Source of the DNA: Octopus sinensis
Taxonomy: Eukaryota
Assembly: GCF_006345805.1 (NCBI RefSeq)
Contig: NC_043025.1
Coordinates: forward strand, 11,532,001 to 11,596,000
Length of the DNA stretch: 64,000 nucleotides
Direction: 5' to 3'
Position numbers and translations under genes: made by a program. The notes below the pieces were generated by a model. It did not search any database and was not told where the DNA came from. It saw only the letters and a list, made by a program, of their open reading frames with translations. This document shows positions 23,900-36,476 of the stretch, piece by piece. Position 1 is the first letter of the stretch. Every line of letters begins with the position of its first letter.

Positions 23900-25056
23900 G
23901 CTCCAGTCGTGGCTATCACGTTGGCTTGTGTTGTTGTTTAGCACCAGGCCGACCAGATTTACGCTCCGCTCCAATCGTGGCTATCACGTTGGCTTGTATT
24001 GTTGTTTAGCACCAGGCCGACCGGATTTATGCTCCGCTCCAATCGTGCCTATCACGTTGGCTTGTGTTGTTGTTTAGCACCAGGCCGACCAGATTTATGC
24101 TCCGCTCCAGTCGTGGCTATCACGTTGGCTTGTGTTGTTGTTTAGCACCAGGCCGACCAGATTTATGCTCCGCTCCAGTCGTGGCTATCACGTTGGCTTG
24201 TGTTGTTGTTGTTAAGCACCAGGCCGACCAGATTTACGCTCCGCTCCAATCGTGGCTATCACGTTGGCTTATGTTGTTGTTGTTTAGCACCAGGCCGACC
24301 AGATTTACGCTCCGCTCCAATCGTGGCTATCACGTTGGCTTGTGTTGTTGTTGTTAAGCACCAGGCCGACCAGATTTACGCTCCGCTCCTATCGTGGCTA
24401 TCACGTTGGCTTGTGTTGTTGTTTAGCACCAGGCCGACCAGATTTATGCTCCGCTCCAGTCGTGGCTATCACGTTGGCTTGTGTTGTTGTTTAGCACCAG
24501 GCCGACCAGATTTATGCTCCGCTCCAATCGTGGCTATCACGTTGGCTTGTGTTGTTGTTTAGCACCAGGCCGACCAGATTTATGCTCCGCTCCAATCGTG
24601 GCTATCACGTTGGCTTGTGTTGTTGTTAGCACCAGGCCGACCAGATTTATGCTCCGCTCCAATCGTGGCTATCACGTTGGCTTGTGTTGTTGTTTAGCAC
24701 CAGGCCGACCAGATTTATGCTCCGCTCCAATCGTGGCTATCACGTTGGCTTGTGTTGTTGTTTAGCACCAGGCCGACCAGATTTATGCTCCGCTCCAATC
24801 GTGGCTATCACGTTGGCTTGTGTTGTTGTTTTAGCACCAGGCCGACCAGATTTATGCTCCGCTCCAATCGTGGCTATCACGTTGGCTTGTGTTGTTGTTT
24901 AGCACCAGGCCGACCAGATTTCTGCTCCGCTCCAATCGTGGCTATCACATTGGCTTGTGTTGTTGTTTAGCACCAGGCCGACCAGATTTATGCTCCGCTC
25001 CAGTCGTGGCTATCACGTTGGCTTGTGTTGTGGTTTAGCACCAGGCCGACCAGATT
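23900..25056. repeat. Homogeneous 68-bp satellite
   Basis: ttagcaccaggccgaccagatttatgctccgctccaatcgtggctatcacgttggcttgtgttgttgt about 17 times (period 24061 to 24129). Confidence 0.95.
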
Positions 25057-25155
25057 TCATCCGTCTTAAACGAGGGACATATTCATACGGCACAGAATGT
25101 TTTCACCTCAATAGACGTCATTGATTGGTTGAAATTGCAGAAATTGAAGAAAGAA

Positions 25156-25257
<102 letters not shown>

Positions 25258-25494
25258 GTGTGTGTATGTTTGTCCCCACAACATCGCTTGACAACCGATG
25301 CTGGTGTGTTTACGTCCCCGTAACTTAGCGGTTCGGCAAAAGAGACTGATAGAATAAGAAACTAGGCTTACAAAGAATAAGTCCCGGGGTCGATTGAGAT
25401 AGACATTACATTTAATTCATTCAGGTATCGATCTTCACCAACAAACCAAAAAACGGGCGACATAACAGGTGATTATTGTAAAGGTGGTGGAAGC

Positions 25495-25870
25495 ACTCCG
25501 TCGGTTACGACGACGAGGGTTCCGGTTGATCAAATCAACGGAACAGCCTGCTCGTGAAATTAACGTGTAAGTGCTGAGCACTCCACAGACACGTGCACCC
25601 TTAACGTAGTTCTCGGGGATATTCAGCGTGACACAGAGGTGACAAGGCCGGCCCTTTGAAATACAGGTACAACAGAAACAGGAAGTAAGAGTGAGGAAAG
25701 TTTGTGGTGAAAGGTACAGCAGGGATCACCACCATCCCCTGCCGGAGCCTCGTGGAGCTTTTAGGTGTTTTCGCTCAAATAAAAACTCACAACGCCCGGT
25801 CTGGGAATCGAAACCGCGATCCTACGACCGCGAGTCCGCTGCCCTAACCACTGGGCCATTGCGCCTCCGC
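25495..25870 (-). mobile_element. SINE family C (tRNA-like head ggaggcgcaatggcccagtggttagg); other copies at ~57039-57320 and ~62116-62345 (+)
   Basis: A-box/B-box-like motifs (tggcccagtgg, gtttcgattcc) followed by non-tRNA body. Confidence 0.85.
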
Positions 25871-26088
25871 TCAGGTATTTTGTACTATTTCAACGACAGC
25901 TGAAGCTGAAAAAGAATACTGCAAACCGCGAAGAAGAATACTGCAAACCGCGAAGAAGAGAACAGTAGAAGGAAAAGCCACATTGAGATAGATCCACAGA
26001 GTGCATACTTTCGGTTGTGTTCGCTGCCGATCGTTATACACTTGAGTCCTGGAAAATAAGATCACCCGACAGTTCTGAAAAGGGTTGT

Positions 26089-26235
26089 GAGCTGGCAGAA
26101 TCGTTAGCGCGCCGGGCGAAATGCTTTGCGGTATTTCGTCTGCCGTTACATTCTGAGTTCAAATTCCGCTGAGGTCGACTTTGCCATTTCATCCTTTCGG
26201 GGTCGATAAATAAAGTACCAGTTACACACTGGTTC
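26089..26235 (+). mobile_element. SINE family B (head gagctggcagaatcgttagc), 3' truncated
   Basis: A-box-like tggcagaatcg and B-box-like gagttcaaattc. Confidence 0.85.
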
Positions 26236-26244
26236 AGGCATCTC

Positions 26245-26850
26245 TCTTTTACTCTTTAACTTGCTTCAGTCATTTGACTGCGGCCATGCTGGAGCACCGC
26301 CTTTAATCGAGCAACTCGACCCCGGGACTAATTCTTTTGTAAGCCCAGTACTTATTCTATCAGTCTCTTCTGCCGAACCGCTAAGGAACGGGGACATAAA
26401 CACACCAGCATCGGTTGTCAAGCAATGCTAAGGGGGACAAACACAGACGCACAAACACACACACGCATACATATATATATACATATATACGACGGGCTTC
26501 TTTCAGTTTCCGTCTACCAAATCCACTCACAAGGCATTGGTCGGCCCGGGGTTATAGCAGAAGACACTTGCCCAAGATGCCACGCAGTGGGACTGAACCC
26601 GGAACCATGTGGTTGGTTAGCAAGCTACTTACCACACAAACACATACACACACACATACATATTTATATATATATACATATATACGACGGGCTTCTTTCA
26701 GTTTCCATCTACCAAATCCACTCACAAGGTTTTGGTCGGCCCGGGGCTATAGTAGAAGACACTTGCCCAAGGTGCTACGCAGTGGGACTGAACCCGGAAC
26801 CATGTGGTTGGTAAACAAGCTACTTACCACACAGCCACTACGAACATAAT
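26245..26850 (-). mobile_element. SINE A copy with duplicated 5' half
   Basis: SINE A motifs. Confidence 0.85.
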
Positions 26851-27157
26851 TTTACAAGTTTAAAATGATTTCTTTAGTGCCGTAAACCATTTACCATTTC
26901 TGTTACACCCCCCATCCCGTCCTATGCTTTACGTAGTGATTATTTTGCTTAACATTTCATACAGCGCTCGTTCTGAGCTCAATATTAATTAAAGATGATA
27001 TTTCAAAGACAGTAGGAGGCTACAATGATTCATGACCTGGGGGTGGGGGCATCTCCTTTAAAATATCAGGAACTAATGTACCGAAACATTTGCTAGACGG
27101 GAGTTCTTCCGCTGAAGATTCTTTCCTGCTGACCGTTCGCCCAGTAGTGGGTTTTCG

Positions 27158-27560
27158 GGATCTTTTCGGTTTGAACGGCAGTTTTTTCTAGCGGTGTCGT
27201 ATGAAATTGTCACCCATAATTATGACCCTAGTATCGATCTATTGCATTTCAATCTGTTTTAGGGTTAGGGGTGGGGGGAATGGTATCTTTTTTTCTCACA
27301 TGTAAATAAACCCAATCTGTTTCTTAAACGAGGGACATATTCATACGGCACAGAATGTTTTTTTTTTACCTCAATAGACGTCATTGATTGGTGAAATTGC
27401 AGAAATTGAAGAAAAAAACAAACAAATATCTTAGAAACCATAGAATTTTCTCAATAAAGCAAAGAGAAAAAGATGTTTTATAAACACATTCTACCAGTAT
27501 ACGAAGTTTAAAAGTGTTTAGTTACGTGGAAATTATTTTAAAAAACTGCCAGTCAAACCG
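27158..27560 (+). mobile_element. Merlin-like MITE, near complete monomer
   Basis: Left TIR GGATCTTTTCGGTTTGAACGGC; right TIR truncated at aaactgccagtcaaaccg. Confidence 0.85.
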
Positions 27561-27594
27561 GGGTTCGTTTGAAAATAGTACTAGAATTTATATA

Positions 27595-27791
27595 CTCTTT
27601 TGCTTGTTTCAGTCATCTTGACTGCGGCCATGCTGGAGCACCGCCTTTAGTCGAGCAAATCGACCCCCGGGACTTATTCTTTGTAAGCCCAGTACTTATT
27701 CTATCGGTCTCTCTTTTGCCGAACCGCTAACGGACGGGGACATAAACACACCAGCATCGGTTGTCAAGCAATGCTAGGGGGACAAAGACAG

Positions 27792-27824
<33 letters not shown>

Positions 27825-28147
27825 CATATATATACGACGGGCTTCTTTAAGTTTCCGTCTACCAAATCCTTTTGCCGAACCGCTAAGTGACGGGGACATA
27901 AACACACCAGCATCGGTTGTCAAGCAATGCTAGGGGGACAAAGACAGACACACAAACACACACATATATATATATACATATATATACGACGGGCTTCTTT
28001 CAGTTTCCATCTACCAAATCCACTCACAAGGCATTGGTCGGCCCGGGGCTATAGCAGAAGACACTTGCCCAAGGTTGCCACGCGTGGGACTGAACCCGAA
28101 ACCATGTGGTTGGTAAGCAAGCTACTTACCACACAGCCACTCCTATG

Positions 28148-28209
<62 letters not shown>

Positions 28210-28221
28210 ATATATATATAG

Positions 28222-28254
<33 letters not shown>

Positions 28255-28430
28255 ACATATATATACGACGGGCTTCTTTCAGTTTCCGTCTACCAATCCA
28301 CTCAAAGGCATTGGTCGGCCCGAGGCTATAGTAGAAGACACTTGCCAAGATGCCACGCGGTGGGACTGAACCCGAAACCATGTGGTTTGTTAGCAAGCTA
28401 CTTGCACACACAGCCACTCCTGCGCCTATA
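27595..28430 (-). mobile_element. SINE A cluster with partial duplications
   Basis: SINE A motifs. Confidence 0.85.
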
Positions 28431-28989
28431 ATGATTATATTATATCAGAACACCCTATTTTTGATTTTCCCATCGCTAGAACAACATTTGCGTGCTGATG
28501 TACTATTATACTATGCTTTGTACCAGCTGTTGTAACCTACCCTCGTACAAGAAAATACCGTTATTGTACATTCGGGTTAAGACAACAGCAGTTGTGAATG
28601 AGAGAAAAAAAGAAGGTTTGACGCGGGTGTGGCAACTTTCAGCCAATCACAGCTCGAGAAGCCTTATGACGTATGAGAGGTGCCCATTCAACACACATGC
28701 CTACGCACAGACGTCACACACACACACACACACGTACACACGCTCACGTGTGTACTCTCTAACATACACACATGCTCTGTCTATCTGTCTCTCTCTCTCT
28801 CTATCATCACATATACATCCTCTCTCTGTCCCCCCCACACGCGCTTACTTTCCTTCCTCTCTCTCTCTAATTCTTACTTTCACTCTTTCTCTCTCTCTCT
28901 CTTTCATTTTGTATCTCTCATCCACCTCGTCTAATCTTTTTCCATATGCTCTACCCCTCTCTCTTTTACTCATTCTCTTTATCTACCTT

Positions 28990-29860
28990 TCTCTTTTGTC
29001 TCCTCCCTCAGTATCTATCTATCTATTTAAGTGTTCTCCCTCCCACTATCACTCTCTTTCTCCCTCCCTCTACGTCTTTTCATAAACGCTCGCTCTCTTC
29101 ACTCTTTTCTTCCGTCCCCCAAATGCTCTCCCTCTCTCTCTCTCCCACTATCACTCTTTTCTCCCTCTCTCTACGTCTTCTCATAAACGCTCGCTCTCTT
29201 TACTCTTTTCTTCCGTCCCCAACTCACACTATCACTCTCTGTCTCCCTCTCTCTACGTCTTCTCATAAACGCTCGCTCTCTTCACTCTTTTCTTCCGTCC
29301 CTCAAATGCTCTCCCTCTCTCTCTCTCTCTCACACTATCACTCTTTTCTCCCTCCTTCTACGTCTTCTCATAAACGCTCCCTCTCTTCACTCTTTTCTTC
29401 CGTCCCTCAAATGCTCTCCCCCTCTCTCTCTCTCTCACACATCACCTTTTTCCCCTCTCCCCTCCCTCGTAACGTCTTCTCACAAACGCTCGCTCTCTTC
29501 ACTCTTTTCTTCCGTCCCTGAAATGCTATCCCTCTCTCTCTCACACTATCACTCTCTGTCTCCCTCTCTCTACGTCTTCTCACAAACGCTCGCTCTCTTC
29601 ACTCTTTTCTTCCGTCCCTCAAATGCTATCCCTCTCTCTCTCACACTATCACTCTCTGTCTCCCTCTCTCTACGTCTTCTCATAAACGCTCGCTCTCTTC
29701 ACTCTTTTCTTCCGTCTCTCAAATGCTCTCCCCATCTCTCTCTCTCTCTCTCCCACTATCACTCTCTTTCTCCCTCTCTCTACGTCTTCTCACAAACGCT
29801 CGCTCTCTTCACTCTATTCGTCCGTCACTCAATTGCTCTCCCTCTCTCTCTCACACTACC
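28990..29860. repeat. CT-rich ~110-bp minisatellite
   Basis: Recurring ctacgtcttctcataaacgctcgctctcttcactcttttcttccgtccc. Confidence 0.9.
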
Positions 29861-30380
29861 TAGCCATCTTTAATTCTTACATTTATCACCCTTTCTCCTA
29901 CTCACTCTCTTTTTCTACCTCTCTCTTTCTGCCTCATTAATTTCTCCTTTTCTTTCTTGCACTTCCACTCTCTCCTTTACACCTTCTCTCTCTCTTCTCT
30001 TTCTATCTCTCACCCACACCTCTATGTGAGTGGATTTGGTAGACGGAAACTGAAGAAGCCCGTCGTATATATGTATGTATCTATATATATATATATATAT
30101 AGAAATATATATATAATATAAATATATATGTATTGTGTGTGGTGTGTTTGTTGTGTCTGTTGTTTTCCCCCCTAGCATTGCTTGACAACCGATGCTGGTG
30201 TGTTTATGTCCCCGTTAACTAGCGGTTCGGCAAAAGATAGACGGATAGAATAAGTCCCGGGGTCGATTTGCTCGACCGACTAAGAAAAAGGCGGTGCTCC
30301 AGCATGGCCGCAGTCAAATGACTGAAAGAAAAGTAATAGAGTAAAAGAGATATACATACATATATACGCCCCCATATATA

Positions 30381-30984
30381 TCTTTATATATAAAAGTGAA
30401 GTTGTGTGTCTGTCTCCTACGATTTAGATTCCTAACTACTCCCCACATTTTGCGGTGCAGTTTTAACCAAAACCGGGTATCTCATAGTCGTGATTCATAT
30501 CGAGCCCTTCTGGTATTCGCGCGCGTCTCTACGATGAGTCTAAACGATTTTTAAAAATAATTTACCATCATTTTTTTCCATTTGAATGCATTTTTTTCGC
30601 TATTATATAAGGGAAGTAACTCTCTAAAAATGTCTACGATGAGTCTAACGATTTAAAAATAATTTACCATCATTTTTTCCATTTGAATGCATTTTTTTCG
30701 CTATTATATAAGGGAAGTAACTCTCTAAAAATGTCTACGATGAGTCTACGATTTAAAAATAATTTACCATCATTTTTTTCCATTTGAATGCATTTTTTCG
30801 CTATTATATAAGGGAAGTAACTCTCTAAAAATGTCTACGATGAGTCTACGATTTTAAAAATAATTTACCATAATTTCTTTCCATTTTTAATGCATGTTTT
30901 TGCTACTTTTGGGCTATAACTCTCTAAAAATGCTTTATAGTTATTTCCCTTACAAACCCGAGCAACGCCGGGCGATACTGCTAG
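30381..30984 (+). mobile_element. Non-autonomous Helitron with internal ~90-bp tandem repeats
   Basis: A|TC 5' end, CTAG|T 3' end, subterminal hairpin cccgagcaacgccggg. Confidence 0.88.
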
Positions 30985-31534
30985 TATATATATATATATA
31001 TATATATATATCTTAGTATTTATGTTTCCCACTCTTTCTGTAACACACGCGCACACAAGTACATTTTAATACTATTTCAAAGAGTCAATGTCCTCCTCTC
31101 CTTCCGTATACATAAATACATACATACGTATTATATATATGAATATGATTATCTCTCTCTGTCTGCCTATCTTATCTCTCACTCACACTTACCTTTATCA
31201 CTCTCACTCTCTCTCTCTCTCTCACACACTCATCCTCCACTTATAACAACTCTATCACAACAAGTACCTCTCCCTCGAGACCACTCGAGAGAGCTTCGAG
31301 TGTTTTTAAGACACTACACGAATTCTTAACGACCATTTCGCTTCTCCTTCTCTTTCCCCCCCCTACTCCTCCTCTACCTCTTCTTTCTCCTTTTCTTTTT
31401 CCTCGTTCTCTTCCTCCACCTCTCCTTTTTGGCTTCCCCCTCATCATTTTCCCCTCCTCCTCTATCATCATCTTCTTTTCCGCTTCCTCCTCCACCTCTT
31501 CCTTTTCTTTTTCTTCATCATAACCACCATAACC

Positions 31535-31698
31535 AGGCTCAGGAGTGGCTGTGTGATAAGTAGCTAGCTAACCAACCACATGGTTGCGGGTTCAGTCCCA
31601 CTGCGTGGCATCTTGGGCAAGTGTCTTCTGCTATAGCCTTAGGCTGACCAATGCCTTGTAAGTGGATTTGGTAGACGGAAACTGAAAGAAGCCTGTCG

Positions 31699-31735
<37 letters not shown>

Positions 31736-31955
31736 GTGTGTCTGTGTTTGTCCCCCTAGCATTGCTTGACAACCGATGCTGGTGTGTTTACGTCCCCGTC
31801 ACTTAGCGGTTCGGCAAAAAAAGAGACCGATAGAATAAGTACTGGGCTTACAAAAGAATAAGTCCCGGGGTCGATTTGCTCGACTAAAAAAAAAAGGCGG
31901 TGCTCCAGCATGGCCGCAGTCAAATGACTGAAACAAGTAAAAGATTAAAAGATTA
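31535..31955 (+). mobile_element. SINE A, near full length (similar copies at ~33640-34050 +, ~34478-34868 -, ~35310-35730 +, ~37870-38250 +)
   Basis: SINE A motifs. Confidence 0.9.
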
Positions 31956-32134
31956 TCTGCTTAAACCGGATCTTCGTGATTACCGTCACTGCCTACAATT
32001 TCGTTCCAATTATTTTCAAAATTGGCATATTAATTAAGTTTTGTATGCTAATTACGAAAATTAAATTAATTTCCCCCATAAGTTCATAATTAAAAAGTTA
32101 TTAGCCTTTGAAATTTAGAAAAATTTGGGGATTT

Positions 32135-32280
32135 TTAAGCCAATCAAAAGCGAGTATTTTACACATCACCGTGAAATTCTGTTTAGCATAATTATGCAAA
32201 GAAGCACCACGTGCTGCATAGCTAATTAGGAAGATCTCTGTTTCCTAAGCAACCAAAGAAGCTGCGCATGCGCACAAGGA
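32135..32280. promoter_or_regulatory. Candidate promoter/enhancer motif cluster
   Basis: CCAAT 32140, palindrome GCATAATTATGC 32186, E-box CACGTG 32208, CTAATTAG 32222, NRF1-type TGCGCATGCGCA 32263-32274; no linked exon found. Confidence 0.4.
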
Positions 32281-32344
32281 GTATAGTAAAAAAATTGAAA
32301 GTGCCTGGGCATTTTCGATCCCTGCATCTTCTGGTCCTTCAATT

Positions 32345-32975
32345 CTTTTTTCTCCTACTTCTTCCACTTTCTCCTCTACCTCCTCCTCCTTTTCCTTCTC
32401 CTCTACCTCCTCCACCTTTTCCTTCTCCTCTACCTCCTCCTTTGTCTTCTCCTCTACCTCTTCTTCTCCTCCACCTCCACCTTTTCCTTCTCCTCTACCT
32501 CCTCCTTTCCTTCTCCTTTATTTTCTCCTCCACCTCCTCCTTTTTCTCCTCCTCCACCTCCTCCTTTTCAATCTCATCTCCCTCCTCCTCTCCCTGCTCC
32601 TTTGTCTTCTCCCTCACCTCCTCCTTTTTCTCCTCCTCCACCTCCTCCTTTTCCTGCTCCTCTCCCTCCTCCTTTTTCTTATCCTCTACCTCCTCCTTTT
32701 CCTTCTCTACCTCCTCCTTTCCTTCTCCTCTAACTCCTTTTTCTTATCCTCTACGTCCACCTTTTTCTTGTCCTCTACCTCCTCCTTTTTCCTCTACCTC
32801 CTCTCCCTCCTTTCATTCTTCTCCTCCCGTCTACTTCTTCCACGCCTCACCTCCTTTTCCCCCCTTTCTCTCCTCCCTCTCTCCAGTCCTCCCTCTTCCC
32901 CTTCCCTTTCTTCACACCTGATAAAGCATTTACCCTCTCCCTCTCCCCCTCGCCATCCTCCATCTCCTCCCTCTC
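32345..32975. repeat. Polypyrimidine (CCT/CTT)n tract
   Basis: Seen directly. Confidence 0.9.
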
Positions 32976-33452
32976 CCATCCAGAACCTTTTTGTCACCAT
33001 TGAGTTTGTAACGTTACCCCAGACATTAATAGAACCAACACTAATACTATGAGCTTGTGTGTGTGTGCGTGTGTGTGCGTGTGTGTCTGTATGTGTGTGT
33101 GTGCGCTCATGCATAAACCATAATACGTTCCAGGGGGTCTCAACTACAAAGAGCCCGTTATATAAGCTCTCACATAGCACGTGTATGTGTGTATATTATA
33201 TAAACGGTAGGCCAAAAGCTACCCGACACTACATCAAAATTCCATACATACTTACTATTCAATTCTATCTATTCATTCTAATTATAAATGTCTAATAACC
33301 GAATGTTGTTAATTAAAAATCAACGGTTTTTTAAAAATGTTTTTGGCTTCTTTTCTTTTTCAAAATTTGTCTCATATAAAATAATTTCTTGTTTTAATCT
33401 TGTAGTTAGATGTTTTGATTTACTGTCGGGTGACTTTGGCTATGTATGTAAG

Positions 33453-33491
<39 letters not shown>

Positions 33492-33585
33492 AAGTCAAAT
33501 GCGATACAATAAAATTAATTATTATCGCCGGTGTTCTAGGACACGCCATATATTATTCATATATAAGTACATTATATAAGTACAT

Positions 33586-33616
<31 letters not shown>

Positions 33617-34864
33617 GAAATAAAACATGCATATATATAGGCGCAGGAGTGGCTGTGTGGTAAGTAGCTTGCTAACCAACCACATGGTTCCGGGTTTAGT
33701 CCCACTGCGTGGCACCTTGGGCAAGTGCTTTCTGCTATAGCCCCGGGCCGACCAATGCCTCGTGAGTGGATTTGGTAGACGGAAACTGAAAGAAGCCTGT
33801 CGTATATATGTATATATATATATATATATGTAGTGTGTGTGTGTTTGTGTGTCTGTGTTTGTCCCCCTAGCATTGACAGCCGATGCTGGTGTGTTTACGT
33901 CCCCGTCACTTAGCGGTTCGGCAAAAGAGACCGATAGAATAAGTACTGGGCTTACAAAGAATAAGACCCGGGGTCGATTTGCTCGACTAAAGGCGGTGCT
34001 CCAGCATGGCTGCAGTCAAATGACTGAAACAAGTAAAAGAGAAACGAAAACATAGACACAAACCAAAGGAACTGGACATTTTTTTAAAAACAGCAATAAA
34101 ATAGAGTACAGGACAATTAACACAAAGAAAAAACCCCTTCTTCAGTCGCTAAAGGTTTCATCTACTCTCTCTCTCTATATATATACTTTTCTGATGAAAC
34201 TACAGGAGTAGTTGAAAGCGTTAATATGAAGTAATAATGTGTAAATAAATATATATTTTTACAACCGTCCAGCATTCTGAACATCTTTTTTCTTTCATAT
34301 ATATTAAATCTGTACATTACCCCCCAGGTGCTCCAGCATGGCCGCAGTCAAATGACTGAAACAAGTAAATATATATATATATAGCAAAAACTGTCCGATG
34401 AACGGCAATTGTTACTCAGAGTAACAGGTTTTGTTGAATTTTCTGCTACTTTAAATAAAGTATATATACTCTCTTTTTACTCTTTTACTCTTTTACTTGT
34501 TTCAGTCATTTGACTGCGGCCAAGCTTGAGCACCGCCTTTAGTCGAGCAAATCGACCCCGTGACTTATTCTTTGTAAGCCCAGTACTTATTCTATTAGTC
34601 TCTTTTGCCGAACCGTTAAGTGACGGGGACGTAAACACACCAGCATCGGTTGTCAAGCAATGCTAGGGAGACAAACACGCACACATACATTTATATATAT
34701 ACGACAGGCTTCTTTCAGTTTCCGTCTACCAAATCCACTCACAAGGCATTGGTCGGCCCGGGGCTATAGCAGAAGACACTTGCCCAAGGTGTCACGCAGT
34801 GGGACTGAATCCGGAACCATGTGTTTGGTTAGCAAGCTACTTACCACACAGCCACTCCTGCGCC

Positions 34865-34901
<37 letters not shown>

Positions 34902-34904
34902 TGA

Positions 34905-35162
34905 ATTTTCCCACCGCCGGAAGTTCTTGTTGACAAACAACAGCAGTAATTTTATTCAGCTGAATTCACGTCATTGATTGGTTGAAATTACCGAAATAGG
35001 ACAACTTTAACGTGAAATAACTTCGTAAATATAAGCTTTTCTCCAAAATGCTAAGAGTAAAAGATGTTTTATATGACACATTCTACCAGTGTCCGAAGTT
35101 TGAAAGTGTTTAGTTAGAAAAAATTATTTTTTAAAATCTGTAGGTCAAAAGGTAAAGGTCCC
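34905..35162 (+). mobile_element. Right arm of Merlin-like family 2
   Basis: Matches 39290-39537; ends tgtaggtcaaaaggtaaaggtcc. Confidence 0.8.
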
Positions 35163-35482
35163 AAAAAAGTTTCTGAAAAAAGTCAAAAATGAAGAAATTG
35201 GAGGTGGAACTGAAATTTTGAAATGCCAATTTTTGCCAATTTTTTTTTTTTTTTCAGAATTGTAATCTTCATACTCGAAAAGGTTTGTTTTTTGTTAAAA
35301 AAAAATAAATAGGCGCAGGAGTGGCTGTGTGGTAAGTAGCTTGTTTACCAACCACATGGTTCCAGGTTCAGTCCCACTGCGTGGCATCTTGGGCAAATGT
35401 CTTCTTCTATAGCCCCGGGCCGACCAATGCCTTGTGAGTGGATTTGGTAGACGGAAACTGAAAGAAGCCTGTCGTATATATG

Positions 35483-35519
<37 letters not shown>

Positions 35520-36476
35520 TTGTGTGTCTATGTTTGTCCCCCTAGCATTGCTTTTCAACCGATGCTGGTGTGTTTACGTCCCCGTCACTTAGCGGTTTGG
35601 CAAAAGAGACCGATAGGATAAGTACTGGGCTTACAAAGAATAAGTCCCGGGCTCGAGTTGCTCGACTAAAGGCGGTGCTCCAGCATGGCCGCAGTCAAAT
35701 GACTGAAACAATTAAAAGAGTAAAAGAGTAAAGGTGGGTTTGGCCGGGGGATAAAAAGAAGTCTTGCCCTCCCAGAAAGCTAATATGCCACAAACCTCCT
35801 ATTTTTCTTCAGAAACAAAGGGAGGGTTGTTGGGGGTGGGGACCTCGGATTTTCTCCCAAATGTCCGACGTCCACCACCACATAAACAGCTCCTTTCTAC
35901 AGAAAATGAAAGGTTTGGCTGCTATTTCTAGCACGCGCTGCTACCACGTAACAGCTATTTGTGATAACGGTGTGTCCTTTATCACAAATACCTGTTCAGT
36001 GGCAGCAGAACATGCTAGAAATTAAAAGGTAAATGCATAAATTCAAATTAAAAGTGAAACATTGTTATGAACCAATTAGGCTAATTGGACCGTAACAACG
36101 TTTCACTTAGCTTCACCTTTAATTCGAATTTACACATTTACCTTTCAATGACCAGTTCATAATTATCACACCTGTTGCAAGTTATTTACATTTACAGTTT
36201 CATATTAACACTGCGATTAACATGACATCAAAATGATGTGTAAACGGCTCTTTTCCACAGAAAATGAAAGATTTGACTGCTATTTCTAGCATGCGCTGCT
36301 ACCACGTAACAGATATTCGCAAATACCTGTTCAATGATAGCAGGACATGCTAGAAATACCACCACATGAAAGGCAAAGTCGACCTCGGTGGAATTTGAAC
36401 TCAGAACGTAGCGGCAGACGAAATACTGCTAAGCATTTCGCCCGGCGTGCTAACGTTTCTGCTAGCTCACTCTTCT

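Noticed and set aside
21700-25056. CRISPR-like appearance of regular repeats (also 44400-45900 and 59000-59900)
   Set aside because: Units are contiguous with no unique spacers, there are no cas genes, and the context is eukaryotic
25790-25870. tRNA genes at SINE heads (also 26089, 57039, 62116)
   Set aside because: A/B boxes run into SINE bodies without a closed acceptor stem or terminator
25880-26085. Charged reading frames with a 22-bp duplication
   Set aside because: No homology recognised, frames are broken and there is no splice context
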